From Candidatus Heimdallarchaeota archaeon (GTDB lineage: Archaea > Asgardarchaeota > Heimdallarchaeia > Hodarchaeales > Hodarchaeaceae): DNA of 33,511 nt. A program made the translations under genes and the position numbers. The notes under the pieces are model-generated. The model made no database searches. It had not been told where the DNA came from and worked only from the letters and a program-made list of their open reading frames with translations. This document shows, piece by piece, positions 26,386 through 33,511 of this stretch (positions within the stretch are counted from its first letter, which is position 1; the number at the start of each line of letters is the position of its first letter). The stretch spans positions 11,928 through 45,438 of the forward strand of contig JBHLSH010000022.1 in NCBI GenBank assembly GCA_048881705.1. Direction: 5' to 3'.

Positions 26386-27129
26386 TTAATCCGGTTTTCC
26401 AGACTCGATTTTGGCATTGTTCAGCTTGAGGAGAATGTCTCGCGCTTTACTGGCATGTTCTTCACTTATAACGAAAGTTACAACAAGTTGATTTAATTGA
26501 TGTACTGTGTGTATTCGATAGAGGGAAATGGCCTGGTCAGCTAATAGAGATGATACATGGGCAAGTATTCCTGGGATTTTTTCTGCTTCCTGAGGTAGCA
26601 TTAAGCGGAGGTGACTCAGAGAATCCTGAAGTTTGATGTGTTCAACTACGTTTAATTCTGAGATTTGAGAGAGAAATGCTTCTTCCGCCATTTTTTTTGT
26701 ATATAGCTCTACGCCATTCCGATTGGGAAATGAGACATTACTAATAGATTCCTGATCTAGTTGATCCAAAATGAAGCTCAACGCGGAAATAATATCCGTA
26801 TCTTTTCGAAAGTTCAGTTTATAATGGATTTGGCCGTCTACGACTTCTGTTGTCCCTTTCCTAAGAATGTGATGCACTCTTTTTACTCCCAACAGTTCCT
26901 CTTGCCGTTGGCGAAGCTTTTTAAGATATCTTGTTATCGCGACGGCAATATTACCCTTCAGTTTGTCTTGATCTTTTTCAAGAAAGAGGCCTCTATCAAG
27001 AAGCTCGTGCATTATTCTTTCTGCAATCTCTTTTTGAGCGGTTTTTCTTTGTTGTAACGTATGAATCAAAGAGGGGTCTTGATCAAGAATTTCTCGAACA
27101 ATTTTTGATACTGGTTTTCCAGAAATCAT
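26386..27129 (-). CDS. Archaeal ACT-domain-containing protein with N-terminal helical (HTH-like) region
   Basis: The N-terminus VSKIVREILDQDP...EIAERI...IAVAITRYL matches the pattern of archaeal ACT-domain regulators. C-terminal ACT: IPGILAHVSSLLADQAISL...LVVTFVISEE. ATG 27129 is preferred over 27234. Confidence 0.72.
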   Translation of the reverse strand: MISGKPVSKIVREILDQDPSLIHTLQQRKTAQKEIAERIMHELLDRGLFLEKDQDKLKGNIAVAITRYLKKLRQRQEELLGVKRVHHILRKGTTEVVDGQIHYKLNFRKDTDIISALSFILDQLDQESISNVSFPNRNGVELYTKKMAEEAFLSQISELNVVEHIKLQDSLSHLRLMLPQEAEKIPGILAHVSSLLADQAISLYRIHTVHQLNQLVVTFVISEEHASKARDILLKLNNAKIESGKPD

Positions 27130-27308
27130 CAATAGCCTTCCAAACTGGAGATAATTCCAAATAATGTCGCCATTGGTGGAATTTATATAATTTCGTACTT
27201 TTATGTAATCACGGAATAAATTAAAAATAAGCAAATATATGTCGAAATCGGTATATATTAACCCCGAAGTTCAATTGATAGAAGGGAATTGAGCAAAGGT
27301 TTTTCCTC

Positions 27309-28079
27309 TTGCCTGGAACTGCAATGAATTTTTCAAACACATTTATACTAATCCCGGCATTTAATGAGGAAAAAAATCTGTTTCGACTTATCGATCAGCT
27401 AAAACGAGCTGGATTCAATACCTCGCACCTGGTTTTAGCAGATGATGGATCTACGGATCAAACGAGTCAGATAGGGAGGGATCTTGGAATTCGAATAATT
27501 AGATCCCCCACTAACTACGGAAAAGGGTATATTCTGTATCATGCATTCAATACGATATTGAATAGGTTCCCCTCGATTGAAAGTATCATGACGATTGATG
27601 GAGATGGCCAACATGATCACAGGGAAATCCCAGAGTTTCTAAAAGCCCTCGATAAGGACGATTCGCTTGGCATCGTTATTGGACGGCGTGACTTCAATAT
27701 AATGCCACGGATAAATAAAATTTCAAACAGCTTGACCTCGATGTGGTGTTTGTACTGGTTACAATGGGACATTCCCGATGTACAATGTGGATTTCGTGCA
27801 TATCGATCCTCCATTTTGCGACGGATCTTGGATTACGGAATATCCACCAGGAAATTTGATTTTGAAACAGAATTGCTTTTTATAACCTGGTTGTTGGGCT
27901 TCGATATTTCCTCAATTCCAATTCGTACGGTCTATATCCAAAATAACAGGAAATCATATGTAGTTCCGATTACAGATACTCTCAGATGGACCAGACTGGC
28001 CTTCCGTTTTGGTTTTAATCCTCAATTCATGAGAAGGATTTGGAAACAACGATTGATTTCAAAAGAAAGGAAGAGATAA
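27309..28079 (+). CDS. GT2 glycosyltransferase, polyprenol-phosphate glycosyltransferase (DPM1-like)
   Basis: LIPAFNEE, DDGSTDQT, NYGKG, IDGDGQHD, DVQCGFRAY and FDFETELL. ATG 27324 is an alternative start. Confidence 0.88.
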   Translation: MPGTAMNFSNTFILIPAFNEEKNLFRLIDQLKRAGFNTSHLVLADDGSTDQTSQIGRDLGIRIIRSPTNYGKGYILYHAFNTILNRFPSIESIMTIDGDGQHDHREIPEFLKALDKDDSLGIVIGRRDFNIMPRINKISNSLTSMWCLYWLQWDIPDVQCGFRAYRSSILRRILDYGISTRKFDFETELLFITWLLGFDISSIPIRTVYIQNNRKSYVVPITDTLRWTRLAFRFGFNPQFMRRIWKQRLISKERKR

Positions 28080-28217
28080 GAATCCTTGCTGATTTCGAAA
28101 ATGAAAAAAATACTCCTACGAGAAAATGCGATCTGAAGAGAAACACTCTTGTAAAAAATTTCAAAGGATGGATAATTGATTCAGGACTCTTATATTGCTG
28201 GAAGTGGCGTTCTACTT

Positions 28218-28760
28218 ATGAAGCAGAAGCTTGTGCTTAAATTAGTTCTTTTAGGAGACCCTGGGGTTGGAAAAACATCGTTGATTTCTCAATTTGTACA
28301 TGCGAGATTCAGAAATAGTTACCAGCTGACAGTAGGCCTTGATATTTCCTCCAAACAGGTAAAACTAGATGATGGTAGAGTCGTAACACTCAGCATCAAT
28401 GATATCGGCGGTCAAGCTAGGTTTGCCGCTATTCGTCATATGTTCTTTAAGGGGTCTCACCTAGCCATGCTGGTATATGATGTCACCAGGGAAGACACGT
28501 TACAGAATATAATTGAACCCTGGTTTACCGAATTACAGGAATTCTGCAATCAACCTGATGTATCAAAGGTACAGACGATTCTTGTCGGAAACAAGGCCGA
28601 TCTTGAAGACTATAGAATGATCGAAGAAGAAGAGGGAAATGTTATAGCAAAAAAAATCAATGCTATTGGTCATATTATCGCCAGCGCTAAGGAAAATCAG
28701 AATGTGGATGTCGCGTTTAAAACCCTGGCTGAAGCATACTTTAGAGAAACAAAACGGTAG
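28218..28760 (+). CDS. Rab-like small GTPase (Ras superfamily)
   Basis: G1 GDPGVGKT, G2 YQLTVG, G3 DIGGQ, RFAAIRHMFFKGS, LVYDVT, G4 GNKAD and G5 ASAK. No C-terminal Cys. ATG 28218. Confidence 0.93.
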   Translation: MKQKLVLKLVLLGDPGVGKTSLISQFVHARFRNSYQLTVGLDISSKQVKLDDGRVVTLSINDIGGQARFAAIRHMFFKGSHLAMLVYDVTREDTLQNIIEPWFTELQEFCNQPDVSKVQTILVGNKADLEDYRMIEEEEGNVIAKKINAIGHIIASAKENQNVDVAFKTLAEAYFRETKR

Positions 28761-28803
28761 CAAGACCATCTTGCCTTTTCCCTATCTAAATTCATGACAA
28801 GGA

Positions 28804-29694
28804 GTGATTGGTGTGGGCATTAACGCGGATTATTCATTTTTGGAGTATTTTCCCACGCAGTTATTTTCTGCACTAATCGAGGAATGGACAGGCCAGGACA
28901 AAAAGATTGATTTTACACCAAATGGTCTATTGTCACCAGATAACCGTGAAACCACTATAAGACTTGCTCAGAGTATCTCTTCAAACCGTCTTAAAGAATT
29001 ACAAAGACTTTCGAGATTTCTCGATTTTTCAGATATATGGTGGCTCGTATATCACATTCCGAGAACAAAACAGGTTTCAAATCTTCTAGAACTCGACACC
29101 TCAAGTTTCGATGTAGACAAATATTCTCCACAAGACGGCCCCAAGATAAATGGGAGAATAATTGTACATGAACTTTCGGAACATGCCGTATTCGTCGCAT
29201 TAGAGTTTCAATCGCGATCAAAATTTCTACGTCGTGCATTCAGACACCTATATCTCCCCTTTGCTAAAATTATTCTCGTAGAACCGCAGGATCAAGCGAT
29301 TGAGGTCTTGGAAAATGAACTCCTCCCATTTATAACTCAGGAACCAAACAAGCTTGCCCCCAGAAAGGCAAATGCTCGGTTTATCAAGAAACTGGCTAAA
29401 CCACAAAAAGGTGACGGTTTCTCTCTTGTATTAACGCATCTCAAAATCAAAATCACGCTAGAAACCAGCGGTATTGAAGGATTAACCCAGATAATAATCC
29501 AGGGCTCAGATGTAATTAGGGGAGCAGAAACTTTGGAACAACGACATGAGATCTCATTGAAATTCATGAATTCGGGCCCGTGGGTAGGAGTCGGAACAGA
29601 GGACTTTATTATTGAAGTTGGAAAAGGAGTCAAGATTCGACGTCTCGAAAGATCATCTCTGAAAAGCTTATCAGCAGTTCTTTCCGATATTTGA
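28804..29694 (+). CDS. Hypothetical alpha/beta protein (296 aa)
   Basis: Clean ORF between the GTPase and the protease. GTG 28813 has a GGAGTGA SD-like element upstream. No established motif. Confidence 0.72.
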   Translation: MIGVGINADYSFLEYFPTQLFSALIEEWTGQDKKIDFTPNGLLSPDNRETTIRLAQSISSNRLKELQRLSRFLDFSDIWWLVYHIPRTKQVSNLLELDTSSFDVDKYSPQDGPKINGRIIVHELSEHAVFVALEFQSRSKFLRRAFRHLYLPFAKIILVEPQDQAIEVLENELLPFITQEPNKLAPRKANARFIKKLAKPQKGDGFSLVLTHLKIKITLETSGIEGLTQIIIQGSDVIRGAETLEQRHEISLKFMNSGPWVGVGTEDFIIEVGKGVKIRRLERSSLKSLSAVLSDI

Positions 29695-29719
29695 GCTCCT
29701 GCTGTGGAGCAAGATACAC

Positions 29720-32194
29720 ATGAAGATAAAACCCTCTGGCTTGCTTCTAATACTAGTATTTGCTTTTTTTGTTCCAGTCATGCATTTTACTAACCCAGAA
29801 TCCCAACCGATTGTTTCAAAGTCGTCTGGAACTTTTAAATCGACAATCCCAACCAATAACGTTTTTGGGTACGAATATCTCGGATTCCTTGTGCAATTTA
29901 AGGAAAAGATACCTCCCTTGGAGGAATTTCAAAATTTCATTAAACACAAGTACTCCTTTTTGCCAGTTATCTTGATCGAATTCCCTAGCAAATCTATGAC
30001 TGATCGATTTCTTTCTTCCTGTGAGGAAAAAATTGTATCTGTCCTGCCCAATAGGGCATACCGGGCAGAACCTTCTTTATATCAGTCTAGATTTAGGGAT
30101 TATTTACCAAAATTAAAACAACAAAAGATAGTAAGCACGATACGTGATTCCACGGGAACAACATATCTTCATCAAATGAATCTTACAGGAAAGGGTGTTA
30201 GGATAGGTATAATCGATACTGGTGTCAATTCGATAGGAGAAATTGGATCTCGTGTTATAGATAGGGAGGTTTTCGTATCCAAGCAGTTTGGATATTCAAA
30301 CGATATTTCAGATTCTAGCGATGTGTGGGGGCACGGAACCAACGTAGCAACCTTCGCAGCAGGAGATTCATCTGGAATTGCTCCAGATGCAGAAATCTTG
30401 AGTGCAAAGGTAATTCACAATGCGGGGACTTTGGGGGCTGGAGGAGGTGGAGGAGAGGAAACTACAGCTGGAATGCTCGCCGCGATCGAATGGCTCGTTA
30501 ATCAATCTGCGGATATTATCAACATTTCTCTCGGCCAATACCATAATCTTCCAACTGGATTAAGGGATAGAGTGATTAACCAAATATCTATAGACCATAA
30601 CATCGTTTTTACAATATCGGCTGGCAATTCTGGTACTGGATTCGGAGATCGGGGAACACTAAATAATCCATCCACAGCTCTTCAAGCTATTGCTGTTACA
30701 GCAAGTGATATCGACGGTACGTTTGTTGCGAGTTTTGCTTCAAAGGGCCCTAAAGTAGATTATTCAATGAAACCAGATATTGCCGCGCCAGGTGTAAACC
30801 TGCCAGATCAGGGTACTTCATTCGCAGCTCCAATTGTTGCGGGTTCAGCAGCTTTATTGATAGAAGGTCTAAGAAATTTGAGTTTATCTTACTCAGCTTC
30901 TACCATAAAAGCCGCCCTTCTTGATGGAGCTCGTTCCATGGGATTTCCATCTTGGAAGGAGGGCGCTGGCTTTCTCAATGTTACAAACGCGTGGGAAAAA
31001 CTGAGATCTGCTCCCATTGAAAATAATAGGCCCGATCTGGTTTATTTACACCCAAAACAGTTACCGTTTGATCCTTACGAAGTCTTGTTCAAAGGTAGTT
31101 CCATTACTCTTAATCTTACAGTAATATCTGGGTTAGAGAAGAAAATTCAGGATGCAGTTTTATCGCCCAGTCTAGCTCCGTATATAAGCCTACCGGAAGC
31201 TCCGGTCGACATCAATAATTCCTTCCTACTACCTATCAATTTTACAATCCCGCTTGGTGCTGAAGAACAATTGGTACAGGGGAATCTGACAATCGGGACA
31301 GAAAGAATACCTGTTATCTTTGAAATAAGATCCCCTCAGGCCCGGATTCTATTTGATGAAAGCCTAAACAGCATCGTTCAACATGGGATTGGAACCACAG
31401 CTGAAGAAGTTAAAGGAGATACATCAAGTACTATCGGAATGTTCGCCGAGTTTACCAGATTTCTCGCCTATGATAACAATTATAGTGTCATACCGCATAT
31501 CAAAGGTGATTTAACGCTAAGCAAATTATCCAAGTTCGATGTTCTTATCCTTCCTGCACCGTTCTCCCTCGCTAGTGATATCTATATGGATTGGGTGAAT
31601 AATCCAGGAAATTCTTACCTTGTAACTTCGCAAGAAACCATCGATGCAGTCCATCAGTTTGTTTCAGAGGGGGGTGGACTTTTGGTTTTAAGTACAGATC
31701 AGGAAAACTATAATCTGACGGCCCTGAATGATTTCTTAACCCCATTTAACATTCAGATTCAATCGAGTTCAAGTGGGATTGTGGCTGATGCCATTATTAT
31801 AGATAATTCATTCAATTTCACCCAGAATGTCGATTCTTACCCGCATTGGGGGAACTATCTTTTAAAAATAGGAAATTCATCCAATGAAAGAGTATTAGCT
31901 ACTTCAAACGGGGAGCCAACACTTATTGCACATCTAAATCCCTCAGGGGGAAGAGTGGTCGTTTTTGGGTCTGATCTATTATTCGATAATATCGGGTTTT
32001 CTTTGGCGGCGTACGGTAACCAAGAAAGCAACAGGATATTTGCCTTCAATACCGTAGCATGGTTAAGTCAAAAAAGTTTAAGACCAACAACAACCGATTT
32101 GCCGGAGTTTCCCTTGCCCTTAGTGATATTTTTACTTTTTTCAGCTATCGCCATATGCTATATTATTTATACAAAGAAAATCAATACATCGTGA
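29720..32194 (+). CDS. Membrane-anchored S8 serine protease with I9-like propeptide, GATase-like ectodomain and C-terminal TM (site-1-protease-like)
   Basis: Signal peptide, then propeptide (LVQFKE...VSVLPNR). Triad IGIIDTG / WGHGTNVA / GTSFAAP, with SAGN...GTLNNP. ILFDESLN...GGGLLVL...ALNDFLTPF...GGRVVVFGSD. TM LPLVIFLLFSAIAICYIIY followed by KK. Confidence 0.9.
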   Translation: MKIKPSGLLLILVFAFFVPVMHFTNPESQPIVSKSSGTFKSTIPTNNVFGYEYLGFLVQFKEKIPPLEEFQNFIKHKYSFLPVILIEFPSKSMTDRFLSSCEEKIVSVLPNRAYRAEPSLYQSRFRDYLPKLKQQKIVSTIRDSTGTTYLHQMNLTGKGVRIGIIDTGVNSIGEIGSRVIDREVFVSKQFGYSNDISDSSDVWGHGTNVATFAAGDSSGIAPDAEILSAKVIHNAGTLGAGGGGGEETTAGMLAAIEWLVNQSADIINISLGQYHNLPTGLRDRVINQISIDHNIVFTISAGNSGTGFGDRGTLNNPSTALQAIAVTASDIDGTFVASFASKGPKVDYSMKPDIAAPGVNLPDQGTSFAAPIVAGSAALLIEGLRNLSLSYSASTIKAALLDGARSMGFPSWKEGAGFLNVTNAWEKLRSAPIENNRPDLVYLHPKQLPFDPYEVLFKGSSITLNLTVISGLEKKIQDAVLSPSLAPYISLPEAPVDINNSFLLPINFTIPLGAEEQLVQGNLTIGTERIPVIFEIRSPQARILFDESLNSIVQHGIGTTAEEVKGDTSSTIGMFAEFTRFLAYDNNYSVIPHIKGDLTLSKLSKFDVLILPAPFSLASDIYMDWVNNPGNSYLVTSQETIDAVHQFVSEGGGLLVLSTDQENYNLTALNDFLTPFNIQIQSSSSGIVADAIIIDNSFNFTQNVDSYPHWGNYLLKIGNSSNERVLATSNGEPTLIAHLNPSGGRVVVFGSDLLFDNIGFSLAAYGNQESNRIFAFNTVAWLSQKSLRPTTTDLPEFPLPLVIFLLFSAIAICYIIYTKKINTS

Positions 32195-32251
32195 AAATGA
32201 ATTTTAATTTACGGACCGCCATTTCCTTTCGTTCGGTGACTTACAGTTAGA

Positions 32252-33343
32252 ATGAGAGCCTCCGAAATGTCCGAGACACAATCCGATCGCCTCCGTACAG
32301 TTCTAATGCGTATCATTGAAGGATTTTCTGACTATTTCGTTTCAAGAGTTGCAGCTACCTATAATGATACGCCTTCTAAAGTCAATGTTCGAAACATATC
32401 CGCTGAAAGAAAATTGGGTACCACTGGAATCCATATCGTAAAAGTCAACCTTGACTCTGATCTGGGGGAAGACGAAGCAAGCATAGCAGTCAAAATCTAC
32501 GACCAAAAAGAGCAAGCTGCGGAAGTTGTAAAACGGATTAACTCCCTTCAGAAGCGCATCACACCGTATCATAGTTTGGGTGTTTCTTCTGCGGCAGTTA
32601 TCTTCTTTTCGGGAAGCGTGGTCATTATGGAAGGTATTCCAGGTGATGTATTTCGTGATTCGAAAATTCCTAGACCACAAAAGTATAGATACGCAGGAAA
32701 GGCACTAGCCGTGTTTCATGGAACCAAAAGGGAAAAAGTGTGGTTTGATAAGTATAAATTGCTGTTAAATCGTAGTTTACAGAGTTTACCAAATGAAATT
32801 CCAAATTCTGGTAAAATTTCCTTGAGAGACCGATTCAATGAAGTTTTACCTGTTGTTGAACGAGTTTCTGCGAACTCTGGGGCGGTTACATTTGGTGACT
32901 TTCACCCTGGAAATGTGATATTTGATGTCAAGTTGGGTAGATCACCAATGATTCATACACATTTAATTGATCCAGAGTTCCTAGATATGACGAGTACTGA
33001 TCATGATCGGCTCGAAGACATCTGTAACTTTTTTGCTGTAGAAACGGTGGATGTCTACAGACAAGATCCGGAACTAAGAACGCTTCGCTTAAACTTGAAG
33101 TCATTTTTATCTGGATACAAAGAGTTTTTGGCATTAAGGCAATCTTCCCTATCAGAGATGTATCCGAATGATAAGAATTACATTCCCATTAACTTTCATT
33201 TAGCATTGATGGTCTTGATGTCCATACTCAACATTCAAGGGATGGCTGATTTATTTGGGGGTGAGCAGGGACTCTTAAAGGAAATATCATTACGGCAGGA
33301 GCTAATTGAGAAGCTTTTGAAGTGGGAATCTTTCCCCGATTGA
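32252..33343 (+). CDS. Protein-kinase-like phosphotransferase (APH/choline kinase/MtnK-like)
   Basis: IAVKIYD (beta3 Lys), VIMEGIPG hinge, catalytic loop FGDFHPGNV and metal-binding LIDPEF. Confidence 0.8.
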   Translation: MRASEMSETQSDRLRTVLMRIIEGFSDYFVSRVAATYNDTPSKVNVRNISAERKLGTTGIHIVKVNLDSDLGEDEASIAVKIYDQKEQAAEVVKRINSLQKRITPYHSLGVSSAAVIFFSGSVVIMEGIPGDVFRDSKIPRPQKYRYAGKALAVFHGTKREKVWFDKYKLLLNRSLQSLPNEIPNSGKISLRDRFNEVLPVVERVSANSGAVTFGDFHPGNVIFDVKLGRSPMIHTHLIDPEFLDMTSTDHDRLEDICNFFAVETVDVYRQDPELRTLRLNLKSFLSGYKEFLALRQSSLSEMYPNDKNYIPINFHLALMVLMSILNIQGMADLFGGEQGLLKEISLRQELIEKLLKWESFPD

Positions 33344-33416
33344 CGAAATTGCTTTTTCTTATAACCAAGAACAGTATAACCTTGAGAAAAACCGAAATTC
33401 GTTGAGTATGGGAGAA

Positions 33417-33511
33417 TTAAGCATTTTCCCCGAGTCTGAAAGGTAATTTAAGGGGGAATATGCGATAATCGTCCCTCAAGAACGACTGGATCCGATTATC
33501 GAGTAAGTATT
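33417..33511 (-). CDS. Possible 3' end of a gene truncated by the right window edge
   Basis: One minus frame is open from the edge (YLLDNRIQSFLRDDYRIFPLKLPFRLGENA*) to TAA at 33417-33419. Too short to be sure. Confidence 0.3.
   Translation of the reverse strand, partial: YLLDNRIQSFLRDDYRIFPLKLPFRLGENA

Noticed and set aside
26761-27164. Two plus-strand ORFs (98 and 77 aa)
   Set aside because: Antisense shadows of the ACT-domain gene with no motifs. The same applies to the other short nested ORFs in the track.
30434-30456. GGA/GGT run as a tandem repeat or slippage locus
   Set aside because: Mixed synonymous codons encode a Gly loop in frame; it is not a homogeneous microsatellite.
33463-33501. 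Inverted repeat CGATAATCG...CGATTATCG near the right edge
   Set aside because: A single 9-bp stem with a 21-nt loop, probably inside a coding tail. No transposase, no target duplication and no repeat array.
1-33511. tRNA, rRNA, CRISPR array, IS element, integrase, defence system or stop-codon recoding
   Set aside because: No cloverleaf or T-loop pattern, direct-repeat/spacer array or mobile gene in any intergenic gap on manual reading. No adjacent in-frame ORF pairs suggest read-through or frameshift. A tRNAscan/Infernal run would be the decisive check.

Overview
A gene-dense archaeal chromosomal window with about 25 CDS plus two edge fragments. I saw no rRNA, tRNA, CRISPR array or mobile element. 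The gene content most resembles an Asgard archaeon (inference): a Rab-like small GTPase, heavily N-glycosylated single-pass surface proteins, TPR scaffolds, TATA-type promoters, oligo-T terminators, and bacterial/eukaryote-type PurA, Adk and YggS. Core genes are a DegT-family aminotransferase, yggS, purA, a HAD-IIA phosphatase, a DHH phosphoesterase, a GNAT, adk, an ACT-domain protein and a GT2. The most notable items are: (1) two membrane-anchored subtilases whose S8 + Ig-like + GATase-like + TM layout and local motifs resemble eukaryotic site-1 protease (MBTPS1/SKI-1), one with a cytosolic zinc-ribbon tail and one in a cluster with the Rab-like GTPase and an atypical kinase; (2) a 1394-aa TrmB-like protein whose wHTH and effector domains are separated by about 1150 aa of helical/coiled-coil sequence; (3) a pair of GT4s resembling Firmicute LafA/LafB (BgsB/BgsA) glycolipid synthases; (4) an AOR-family protein with degenerate catalytic and pterin motifs, preceded by an unlisted 48-aa ORF; (5) a TPR/SNAP-like protein fused to an apparently inactive PD-(D/E)XK domain; (6) an orphan next to the GTPase with a faint CENP-N/Chl4-like motif. 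All comparisons to named proteins come from recalled family motifs, not database searches.
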